Assembly: GCF_001447785.1 (NCBI RefSeq)
Contig: NW_015169174.1
Span: 585,729 to 649,728, forward strand
Length of the DNA: 64,000 nucleotides
Source: Gekko japonicus
Taxonomy: Eukaryota
Direction of reading: 5' to 3'
Shown here: positions 12,931 to 24,900 of the stretch, piece after piece
How positions within the stretch are numbered: position 1 is the stretch's first letter
Layout of the letters: the number at the start of each line of letters is the position of its first letter
The notes under the pieces: generated by a model
The model's input: only the letters and a program-made list of their open reading frames with translations
Told to the model about the DNA's origin: nothing
The model's database searches: none
Translations under genes and position numbers: made by a program

Positions 12931-15900
12931 GAGGAGGTACATCTTGCCTTTGCCTGACCACAGAGTGCCACTGTGCCAGCACTATCAAGACACAGCTGGG
13001 AGTGATTAATTAACTATGGCTAGTAACGTGGTTTAGTAGTGAGGGCAGGCACCATTTTAATGGGGTGAGATGTTAGGATGTGATTCATAGCATGAGCAAC
13101 TAGGGGCAAGTTGGGGTTTTTCTTCCTCCTGATGGTTTCAGAGATGATGAGCAAGAATGACATATCAAGGCAGGTATAAAGGTGCTGCTGTGCTCTAGCT
13201 GCTACCTAGAGATGAAAACTGTATGTATGTTGCCTCAGTGTTTTATTCACCAGGATGTGACCAGCAGAGAACTGACATACACAAAATTAGTCCCCTTTGC
13301 CTTGAATAAATTAACTCACTATGGCTTCTGTTCTGTTCAGTTCACGAATACGGTTTTGAATCTCACTTTGACACTGAAAAAACAAAGGAAAAGCCACCCC
13401 TTAAACGTCATCTGAACATAAAAGGTTAAAGGATAATTAACCCATATTTGCGTTCGTCAGTAGTTTCCATCTTGTAAGCTTGTATTTCTGCTCTTTGAAA
13501 CACTGTCCCATTTACTTCCCTAAGAGAGTTACAGGATTACTTTAGGCTCAGATGACTTATTTGTGGTACGGTGACCACTGATGAATTCATCATGGCTTGA
13601 CTGCAACTTGATGGATAACTGTCCTGTTGTATCTAGCCATTTAGTAAAGTGAGCTTTTGCCGTGCTCCTGCTACCCTGTGTTTTCAGTTTGTGGGATCTT
13701 GCTAAGTCTTGTATTGCCAATAGTTAGTCATAGCATCCTGTCACAATGTAAGGTGGGTTTTATCATTCCTCCAGCAACAACTCATTTCCCCAACAACAAC
13801 AGATTGCGTGAGTGCGGTGAAGCTCATCTCACCATCTGGCCAGATATTACAGGCTCTCCTTGCAAGAGCAAGCACTCTATCGTGTCCTTAACAGTCATTT
13901 GAACCCCCTTTTGGCTTAAAAGAAAGTTGGCAGCAGTAACTGGCATCTGGCTAGCTGTTTGAACTGTGAAAAGCTGCCTGAGTGAGCAGCTTCATTTGGA
14001 GTTGGAAACGAAGAGAAAACGCATTGTGATTGTGTGAGCTGGTTTCATAAATGGGTCCATACAATGCGATTTTGAACTTGACTCAGCGGAAAAGTACAGC
14101 TAGTAAAGACCAATACTTGCAAGAAGCTTGCATCATTTTAAATTTCTTTAGTGACTGATTAGGCCCCCAAAAGACCACCAATGTACTAGTATGACACCAC
14201 TAGTCTATATCCTGTGGCTCCACTGCTGAGGGAAATATGTGACAAAAACTCCCCCAACAGGGTGCAACAGAATCCATAGCAACCACACCAGCAGTCACCC
14301 TTCACACCACTCTGTGACAGGTAGAGTGAGACAGCCAGCTGGCGCACTCTCTCTGTTATGCAGCTTGCAGTGATGCAGGAGCTAGACCCAAACGAGAGAA
14401 CTGGCAGCCCCACAGCAGGGCAGCTGGAAGTACACTGGTCATTGCAGGCATTGGTTGTGTGGTAGTCTTGGCAGGTGGTTGGCAATGTACTGTCTCCCCC
14501 GATGGATGGCTGCCTGCAAAGAATCCAAAAATATTCAGGGACAGTTATGGGTAACATTTCACACAGGACACCATGCTGTCAGCAAGATGCCGTGCCAGTG
14601 TAACGCCCTTGCAAGTAGCATGACTACTACACACAGAGCACAACTACTGTGCAGGGTAGATAGCAGCCACTCTGATCTACTGCTGACCAAGCACCCAAGA
14701 TGCCTTACAGAATCACAGCCCCAGTTGCCAGAACAGACACAGTTCCAGTGGAAGACATGGGTAAAGGTTGGCTGTGAGAACCTTCAAGGTACAGGAGGAA
14801 GCTGCAGACCTTGCAGGTGGACCCTATATACAGACTTGCTGCTGGGGTTGCCAGCAGGCCTGTCAGCAACCCTATATGCCAGCATACCCTTCAAGCTCCT
14901 TCCCCTTTTTTTTGCACTGTACCCACTACTAGCAACTGTTGAGGGAGGGAGGGTTGGTTGGGCGATGTACAGAGTAAGTGCAGGGGAGAAGGAGAGTTAT
15001 TGTTGCCACAGTTTAGGGCAACCTACCCTTCCTTGCCTACCTGTGTGGGTTGCATTGTCCTTGCATCCCCACTGGGAAGCATGGAGGCTTCCATTGGATG
15101 TTTGAGATGGAATGCCATTGTGAGACAATGTTGGCTTTTTGTGCAAAGTGCCCTTCTGGGGGGTTCCTATCACCTAAGTCTTTCTGTGGTATTCTGCTTG
15201 ACATGATGCTGTAGCCTCAGGTCATGTGCCCTGTCATCTGAGCTATGGGAGTCCTGGCTGGGGTTTATGTAGTTCACTGAAAGACTGTGGTTGACTGCAG
15301 ATTTAGTTGGTATCCTGACTTACACTGATGTTTGAAGTGGGGGGGGGGGGCTTGAAGGTGAGATGGGAGGAGGACACCTGGATTTTCATTAGCATTGGCC
15401 TCTGTGGGATATTTTAGAGATGTGGCATTGTTTTCAGTGGCATAACATGCTGTCATTAGGGAAGCAGCTGGGACTAGAAAAGTTTAGGAAACTGTCTTAG
15501 CCCCTCTCTGCCTCTGAAAAGCCCCTGACATCACCCCATTCTACACCGGCACGCCAGAATTACACCAGCCTGACACTGGCACACTTGATGCCAGTGCATT
15601 TCTGGCATACACCTGCATAGGATTTAGTTGCTATTCTTACTGTCCATAGGCAGGGCAAAGGATTGTACTGTAAAGGACCTATGGAAATATACATCTGAAG
15701 ACAGGTGAAGTATTGGGTTTGATGTTGAATGCACCATGTGCTGCCTGACTTCTGAATTGTCTTAAAAATACTTATTCCCCCCCCCTTTTTTGCACTGACT
15801 TGTACATAAATTTAATTCCCCCCCCCAGGCAATTACATGGTTGTGTCAGTAAAGAAAAATACATAAATTAGCAAGATCAGGTGGTAGTCAGTTCAAAGGA

Positions 15901-18900
15901 CTGGTGATGAAATAATACAGAAAGCACTACATCCTGTGTGGCTTAGGTTCTTTGAGGTAATCTCAGGGGAGCGGTGGCGCAGGCAGTTAAAACGCCTGCA
16001 CTGTAACATCACCCGAGCAGCCACTATGGCTGTTCGAGTCCCACCGCGGTCGAGGTGAGCTCTCGACCTTCGTCCCAGCTCCCGCCTACCCAGCGGTCTC
16101 GAAAGCAACCTAATTGCAAGTAGGTAAATGGGTACCCACCCTTAGAGGGGTGGGGGGCACCCTGTGTGGTCGGCTGAAAATGGCGGAGATAGTGGAGACG
16201 GCGGCAGTGGCGGCAACGATGGCGGCGGCGGCGGCAATCCTGGCGTGGACGGCATTGGTGGTGCGGCGAGCAAGGCGGCGGCGAGCAAGGCAAGGTGCGC
16301 GTTAGAGCGATCCCTGGCGGCAGAGAAGGAGTACACCGAGGGCTGCCGTGAAGAGAGAAGAAAGGGGCGTGCGAAGATGCCGAGTTCCGGAAAGAAGGCG
16401 GAGCTGCGCGCCTAAGGAGGAGATCGCCACCACTGAACGCCAGAGAACGCCAGAGAAAGAACAACCCGCTGGACCAGGAGACCCGACCATGCCGAGCCAA
16501 CAGAGAAACAGCAATAGCCACCACAGAGGGGGTGCCGGTAGGTTGTCCCACCCACCCCTTCATACATTGTGGCCCTAGCTAGGAACACAGGTGATTAGCA
16601 CCAGAAACCCTGTAAGCCGCTCTGAGACCCTAGCCATGGGACAAGAGCGGGATATCAAGTCTAATGTAAAAAAAAAAGAAAAAAGAGTAAAGTGGAAACA
16701 AAAATTAAGAATGTGGTAGATGTATAAATAGTATTACACAAAAGAAGAGATCTCTTTCTTCAACTAAAGAAGAAGAAGAAGGGGGTAGACGTATAAATAG
16801 TACTTCAGAAAAGAAGAGCTCTTTTTCTTCAACTAAACAAAGAAGAAGGGGACAATTGGCTCAGATGAAACTCTGGAACTCAATACTACTAGATGGTAAC
16901 AAGGCCAAGTACTTAATCAGTGTTAATCACTGTTTCTGATATGATACTGTGCATGTATCATTTGTATTTGTGACAATGCTGTGCTCAGCACCATTATAGC
17001 TACAGCTTTTGCTGACACCCAAGCCTCCGTCCCATACTTTTCCTACCACCAGCTCTCCTGCTCAATCACGTCCTTCACTTGTGTGTCCTGCTCTTGTCTG
17101 CTTGTAGTTGCCTTCAGCCCTTTCCCCAGTGGCACTGGGCAGTGCAAGCAGCAGGGAGCATAAGTGGTAGAGCGCTAGCAAGTGAGTGTGCATTGGAAGC
17201 AGCGGGCCCTGTAGCTGCCCCATCTCAGGGTGTGCTGACGCCAGCCCTTGTGTTATCGGTGCATCCTTTCCTGTGTCCCAATATGCAAGCATTATTTTTT
17301 TTCTGCCTTCTCTCTAAGGCTGTAACAGCCCATTGTTTCTGTACAGGCACAACCTGCTTTGCTAATTGAGTGAACAGTATGCTGATCACAGTTATGTTCC
17401 TCTGAACTATTTAATAGACTGTACCCCTGCACAGGGGAGACAAGACACAGTAGTAAGGAGTTTTGTGATGGAGTACTTTTTTAAATGAAAGCTCTCCATA
17501 GAAAGTACTGGACCAACCTTTAAGTACAGAAAAGGTGTTCTTTGAAAACCAGGAGTGTCATGTTTCCAAGAGGTGTGTTCAGAAAACACATCTTGGAGAT
17601 CGTGTGCTTTTGAGAGTAAGGTAGTGATAAAATGAGTTATAATTGGTTTGTTCATGCTGCTCCTCTAGTTCTCTAACAGCTGTTTGTGCCTGGCTGATGG
17701 GTAGCTGAAGGGCTGCTGTACTGTGCCTATGCAATCCGCCCACTGTTTTGTCTGTTTATATTGTAGGTTGTGCTTTCAGGTGACAAACTGTTTCTTACTT
17801 TCTCTTAGTTTGCTTTCTTTTCCCCACTTCGAATGAGGTAGATTTTATTAACTGCTCAGCAGATAAAAGACATTTACGGTATGCTTCTGTTGTAGTGGGC
17901 ATATTGATGCCCTTTAATTATTTTTCTTGGGTTGCAATTTCTGTACTTAAAGTTGTGATCTACTTAAAATATGGTTTTAAAAAATCTTGTGTAAAACTTG
18001 AGTTTGGAAAAATAATCCAAATTACAGTGATTAAATTCATTTTTGGCATCAGTATTTACTATCACAAAAATAAAAAGTCTATTTCATCTGTTGTATAAAT
18101 TAGGCTCTGGTGCAAAATAAGTAAATGGATGTGGATGGTTGGAGTGTGCTATGTTTACCACTGTAAATGGAAAGCAGGTTATTATGAAAATGTTTTCGGG
18201 GGGGCTTTGCTTGCCTGAGGCTTCTTGACTATCCCAGTCATGCAAATAAAGATACAAAACCATGCAAGCCCATCTAAGATGCATTTCTGCCTGCATGCAT
18301 GGACCTGTGTTTTAAAGGTAGCATGATGATCTGGCGAGCCACTTTCCTTGAAGACAATGCTAATCTCAGGGGAGTAACTAATTGGAAGCTTGGTGTGACC
18401 TGCATGCTGTAGCTGCTTCTGTTTATGGTGCTTAGTTATTTGAATGTGTGATTGGACTGTGGGACACAGGTAAAGTGATCTGCCTGGTATCTTGGAGATG
18501 GGGTAGAAGAATTAGTTGAAAGTCCTCAAATCCCTGCATAGCTCACTCATGTCATTAGACTTTAGAAATAGACATAGATTGCTTCCTTCCTCACCATTCA
18601 TGTGCCCTCTTGCTTGGTTATACTATAATACTATCCCACCTATCTGTCTTCTCCCTTTATAGCCAAGAGTCAGCTGGGATAGTCCTGTATCACTGTTTCC
18701 AGCCTTAAAGGGCCTGAAGAGAGAGCGCATGTTCAAGTTATTATTATTGCTGCAGCACTTATTTTCTGTGGTTAGAAGGAGCGCTGAAGGGTATCCCAGT
18801 TCAGTGGCACATGAGCACATGAAGCTCCCTTATTGGTCTATCCGGGTTAGTGTTGCCTGCTCTGATTGGCAGCAACTCTCTAGTGTCTCAAATGGAGGTC

Positions 18901-21900
18901 TTTCATATCAGCCGCTATCTGATCCTTTAACTGGAGATGCCAGGAATTAAACCTGGGGCCTTCTGCATGCAAAACAGGAAAGGTACCACTGAGCTACAGC
19001 CTTATCAAAGACAGCCAAGAGAGGATTGTAGTGCTCTTTCTTGCTAGGGGCAGCTAACAATTAGGGAGGAGCACGTCACTTTCCCCCTCTTGAGATTGCC
19101 TTGAGATAAATGTTTCTCAACTCATGGTCACATGAAGATTCCTAATACTGAGTCAAGACTATTTGACCTATGTAGCCATTGTTGTCTGCTTCTGACAGCA
19201 GCTCTCCAAGGTCTGAGGTGGAAATCTGTGTAAGCAGGAAGGTGATAAATTGCACTGAGCCTTAAAATACATGTATTCCAATCTCTAAATATTGTTTTAA
19301 GAACTGCTGCCAACTTTAGCGGAGTAAGCTACAGGGCCGAATTTCATCTTGTGTCTTCTTTTTTTAGGAGTGAAAGCTGGGACCTGCACCATATTGGATG
19401 TTGTGGAAACCTTGGGGTAAGTGGAACTTTGTGTGAGATCCCAGCCGATTCATTGTCCCAAGAGAGGACTCCTTGCTTTTCTGTAAAGTTCCCTGTAAAT
19501 AAAATGTTTGAAAAGTGGGGATGCCATGGTCCCTGTGGCTCTGGACTTGATGATGAAAGTAACAGCCCAGATGCTAATATGAATTTCAACTAAATTTTAT
19601 TTATTTATTTATTTATTATTCGATTTATATCCCGCCCTCCCCTACGGCTCAGGGTGGCTAACAATTGGGGCAAAAGCCATAATTAAAACAATTAAAACAA
19701 GATAAAAACATAACAATAGTACAACAAAGTCCTGGTGCTCTGATGTTCCAAGATGGGTTCCGGTAGGGTGGATCCGGACCAACGACGTTAAGTTCCAAAG
19801 CAGCAGATAGCTAGTCTTCTTCCCAGGGCCCGCTTGCACCCTGATGGTATCTCTGCCAAATTTCAGCGATGGTGCTTTGATGGAACAGTAGCAGCGGCGG
19901 CTCCTACTCGAAAGCCTGGCGGAAGAGCTCCATCTTGCAGGCCCTGCGGAACTGTGCAAGATCCCACAGGGCCCGGATCTCCTCCGGGAGCTCATTCCAC
20001 CAGGTAGGAGCCGCCATCGAAAAGGCCCTGGCCCTAGTCTCGGCTAATTTGACATCCCTGAGGTCTGGGGTAGTCAAAAAATGTTGGCCCCCCGACCGTA
20101 GTGCCCTTGGGGGAACATATGGGGAAAGGCGGTTCCTTAGGTATGCCGGACCCTGACCATAAAGGGCTTTAAAGGTAAGAACCAGCAGTTTGAAGCGGAT
20201 CTGGTATGCTATAATCCAAGACATCCTGTTACTTGCTCTCTAGAACTTCCCAGTATGTCCCTAATAGTCTGGGAGGTGAGGTTGCCTCTGTGGCCCACAC
20301 CAGGGTGACCTTGATGAAGAACATAGTGGTACTAGCTCCTCCCTTGAAGAGAGACTTCAGGATTGTTTGGAGGGATAGGCTGTTGGCTGCCTTACATGGT
20401 GGAGCCCAGAATCAGGGCAGCTGAGAGCTCTGAGCCTGGAAACCCCTGGTTCAAATGTTGCCTTCAGGTACAAACCCGCTGGCTTTTCTTGTCATAGGCA
20501 AGAGAAGCGCCTCTGGGGCTTATGGTCCTGTTTAAAATAACAAGGAATTAAGCTCTAATAAGAAAATAGTAGACTGAAGCCAGAATACTGTAATGGTGAT
20601 ATATCTCGGAAAGAGAGGAAAAACTGTGGTAGTAATTTGAAGCATTTCAACATGACTGGGAGTATTCACAGTTGGAAAGGAGAGTACTCCCATCTCCCCA
20701 TCACACTATGCTGCATTTATGTTTTTTACAGCATCAAATATATTTGCCAGTTTTGAATAAATGAGGCAGAGGAGTGACGGGAGCTGCCAAGGAAGTGACT
20801 ACTTTCTCAGCCTCCTTTTCTGACTGCAAGAGGAGGACTGTTACCACTAAAAACATATATTCTTTCCTTTCCTCCCTGCCATAAGGTTGAAGGGCAACAC
20901 TGAAGCCAACACAGGCAGAGCGAAGAAGAGTACTGCTGTCTGCCTTAGACCCTAACAAACACTCTCTCTTCCTTCAAGGGAGCCCAGACATTTTGAAACT
21001 CCACTGGACACTCCTACTAATTTCTAGAAATGCTTATGATCCCTCCCCCTGATTTTGGGGTTCTATATAATTGTAAATGTTTACTAGAGTGGAACTCATG
21101 TCACAGTCCAAGGTTCTTCTGGAACTATATTTCCTTGAATGCACACACACAAATGAAAATGAAATAACCTCTTAAAGATCCACCCTAGGAAAACATTTTT
21201 AATTGCTGAATGTTTTTATACATTTTAAGGTTTTATACATTGCAGAAAAGTGTTCTGGTACTGCACACAATCAACTTTTAGGTGTAAATGTTTTTTAAAA
21301 ACTTCTGCAAATAAATGGTTAGTTTTGAAGGGGTTTTTATTTTGTTTGTTATATTACAGAGAAATGGAATTGCACAATTCTCCCACATAACCACCTCCCA
21401 AATTGAAACACCTGCAAATCTCTCTGTATCTGTGGCCTTTTTAGCATGCAGAGGGTTAGTTTTGAAGGGATTTCTTTTATTCTGTTAGGCTTCTGTGGAA
21501 AGGCAACAAAGAGAAATAATTTCTTTTTAGAAAAGCCATGTATTTACATTTTTAGACTATATAAAAGGAGTAAATATTTTTGTGTGATATCCATGATCAG
21601 GTTTCTGAAAATCTGGAGGTTTTTTGTTGGAAGGCAAGTGTAGTGGAATCTAAGTCATAATAGATTCAAAGAATTAGAGGAGAATTGAGAGGATCCTTGC
21701 ATCTATACTGACGCTCCCCAGCCCAATGTTCCAGACTAAGAGAAATGACAAAAGCAAACGGAGTGAATGAAATGCCTGAGTATGATGCCATTCTTAGCTG
21801 AGCATCAAAGAGTTCTGGTTAAGTGGTTGACTGTTAGGGTTCTTGTTTGTATGCCCTTGTTATAGTGTGTTATATGGCTGATATCACAGGTCAAGTTGTT

Positions 21901-24900
21901 AGTCTTTGTGAGTGAAGGTGAAAGGGACTGCTCCCCATCCATCAGCCCAATCGTGCTTTTTGGAAAGAGGGATCTTGGTAATCTGCATTGGACACTGTGG
22001 AGCAAAACACACAATTTCTGTTCTGTTGTGTCTCATGATTCTCTGTGAAATGCATGCTCCTGATCTTCCCCACGCTCTCATGTTTGGCACATGAGCAGGC
22101 AGCACCTAGAAAATAGCTAGCAGGATCGTGTCTTTTTATTTATCTGGAGAGAAGTCCCATTTACCTGGGCAGGCTCTCTTCTGAGTAAGCATGCGTAGGA
22201 TGAAGGTCTTTGGAAAAGCAATCCTAAGCAGGTCTGTTCAGAATCCTAGGCAAGTCTGTTCAGTCTGGCTTAGCCCCAGTAAAGCATTCTTATAGGATTA
22301 CACGGTAGGCGATGTTGAGCCAGTCATTCTCTCTCTGCCTAACCTACCTCATAGGGTTGTTGTGAGGAAGAAATACAGAAGGGAGAAAATGTGCCCACTC
22401 CAGTTCCTTGGAGAAAGAGCTGGATAAAAATGTACTAGATGGAATCATCCTGGCCCTGGCTAAGCACAATGAGGGAGAAAGCTGGGAAGAGAAACTGGGA
22501 AAAGATGGCTTTTTGAATAATAAAATTGTTAATTGTGATTTCTGTGTAGGGAATGCATTGTCTACATTATGATGAAATTCCGGATTCATGGAACCATTCC
22601 TTTATAGTGAGCGAGCAATACCAAGCCTTGTTAATCATTGCTGAGTAATCAGCCTCCCATCTGTTCTCTTCATGAAATCCTGCACAGAAAATAAAATCTT
22701 TGAGCAGCTGATGCTGAGATACTGTGTTTGGAGTGAGCTTTACTGTTGGCTCCTAGAAAAATATGGCATATGCTTAACATTAGGTTGGAGGAAGTTCCTC
22801 CAGCCTATGGAGTCTTCCTCCAATTTAAGTGGCCCTTCCGCCAATGAAAGAGCTACCTAAATTGGAGGAAATATCCTTTGGGTAGAGAAAGCCTTCAAAT
22901 TGTGCTCTGTAGAGTGTTAACATTCATACCACTGGTTGGCTATTAAACCAGATTCAGTGTTCAAATCCTGCACACATAATATCAATATATCTCATTCTCG
23001 ATGTGGCCCCATCTGTGGATACTTAAATCCAGAGATTAGATCCATGGACAGACAAGACTGATCTTTCTACAAACCTGAGAAAAGCCCCAAGTTTGCAGAA
23101 CAATCTGAAATAATAATCTGCCCCCAAATGATAGAAGCAGCATCTGTAGCTTGAAGAAACAGATGCCCTTGGTGGTGCCCTTGCCACCCACCCACAGCAG
23201 TATTGCCAAGCCTTCCAGCCTCGGTCTCTGTCGGTAAAAGGTAGAGGGAAGGGGCAGGGCCATTTCCAGGGTATTTTGGCCTATGGGGCCAAGCCCTGAG
23301 TGAACACCAGAGAACTTGCTGCCACGTCACTTTAATGACTTACCCAGGACTCGCTGCTTGCTACTGTTCAGCAGCAGTCACACCACAAAAGCCAGTGTGG
23401 TGTAGTGGTTAGAGTTTTGGACTAGGATCTGGGAGACCCAGGTTTGAATCCCCCTTCTTCCGTGGAAGCTCACACGTTCTCAGCCTAACCTACCTTGCAG
23501 GGTTGTTGTGAGGATAAAATGGAGGAGAGGGGAATGTTCTAAGCAGCTTTGGCTCTCCATTGTGGGGAAAGGAATATAAATGAAGTAAATAATAAATACA
23601 GCTGAAGATGGAGGGGGCAAGTAAAAGTTGGATAGGTGGGAAGGGGGAAAGGAAGCATGGAAAGGTGAGCATATGGGGGTTGCCAGGAGGAGAAAAAATG
23701 GAAACAGTGTGGGGAGGGAGGATACAGGGGGAAATGAGGTGCCTCTAGGAAGTCCTTGCAGGTTCTCCACTGCGCCTGAAGGCCAGCACCATGCAGCATC
23801 TGGAACCAAGCAGAGTTTCCCCAGGGAGAGGGAAAGCTGAAGACCACGGTACATAAAGGTAGTTTGGCTGGTTGGTGGGAACAAGAGAATGAAGCAGGAA
23901 AAGAGGAGAGAATATGGGGGCTTTCAGAGAAGGGAGAACGGAAAGAGCAAATAGCAGGAGAGAAGAAAAAAATGAGATGCTCCCCACAAGTCCTTGCGGG
24001 TCCCTCACTTGTTTTCTATTTTTCCCCCTTTTTCATATGTGGTCTTTGAAATCTTTCTTTGTGTTCTGTCTCCAACACAGATCCCCGCTTGAGAATGCAG
24101 ACCCTCAAATGCGTGCACGGGGCCTTCAGATGCTCTCTGAAGTCCTGCTCCAATGCTACTCCCTACTTCAAGAAAAAGAAGGTGGGGTCATATATGATGT
24201 CTATACACTGAGCTGATTCCTCATTCCTTGCAAGGCAGATGGAGTGCTGCCTCAGGTCTCAGCTAAAAAGAATTGCACCAAAGATGGTTATCAGCATCTA
24301 GAGGCATTAGGCAGGGCTAATTCAGTGGCAGGGCGGCATTGGACACCGTATGTAATCCATATGAGCAACAGAGGTGTAGTAGATTCTGCTGACAGCCTTG
24401 ATATTATTATAAAACACTTACACTGTTGGCTAGTTTAGCAGAGACATTTACTGGCTTTGTGACAGTTCAGGTCTGTTGAAAGGATCTCATTGGAGTGTTC
24501 TTTTATTAACTAACATGGGTGATAAAAAGCAATTCTCTCTGTTGGGGGTGGGAGGCATGGAAGAGGTTTAAGCAGAATCTTTGAAAGGGTCATGATGACT
24601 GCTAGGGAGCTGTTTCACTGTTAGTTTTTGACATTAAAAAAAATATATATATTTTTTTACTTTTACTCTGCCTTTATGCCTAAGGGCCCCCCAAAGAGGC
24701 TTATATCATTCTCCTCTCCTCCATCTTGTCCTCACAACAACCCTGTGAAGGCTGAGAGTGTGTGACTGGCTCAAGCTCACTCAGCAATTTTTCCGTGGCG
24801 ATGTGGAGGTTTGAACCTGGGTCTCCCAGATCCTAGTCTCACATTCTAACCACTGTACGATGCTGGCTCATGTGACATTGGACAGTGTCTGGGGCAGTAC

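Noticed and set aside
14079-14087. TGACTCAGC antioxidant-response-like motif
   Set aside because: Single short motif expected by chance; no conservation data available
14455-15105. 216-aa ORF, the longest in the track
   Set aside because: Non-ATG start, no recognisable homology, lies in MMS19 intron 1; consistent with chance
15966-16045. tRNA gene
   Set aside because: A and B boxes only, no cloverleaf; continues as Sauria-like SINE body
15966-16684. Retrozyme or processed pseudogene interpretation of the chimeric element
   Set aside because: No CUGANGA...GAAA core seen and no recognisable parent protein; head and tail are SINE/LINE-derived
19904-20224. 106-aa ORF as a host gene
   Set aside because: It is the C-terminus of L2 ORF2 in a 5'-truncated copy
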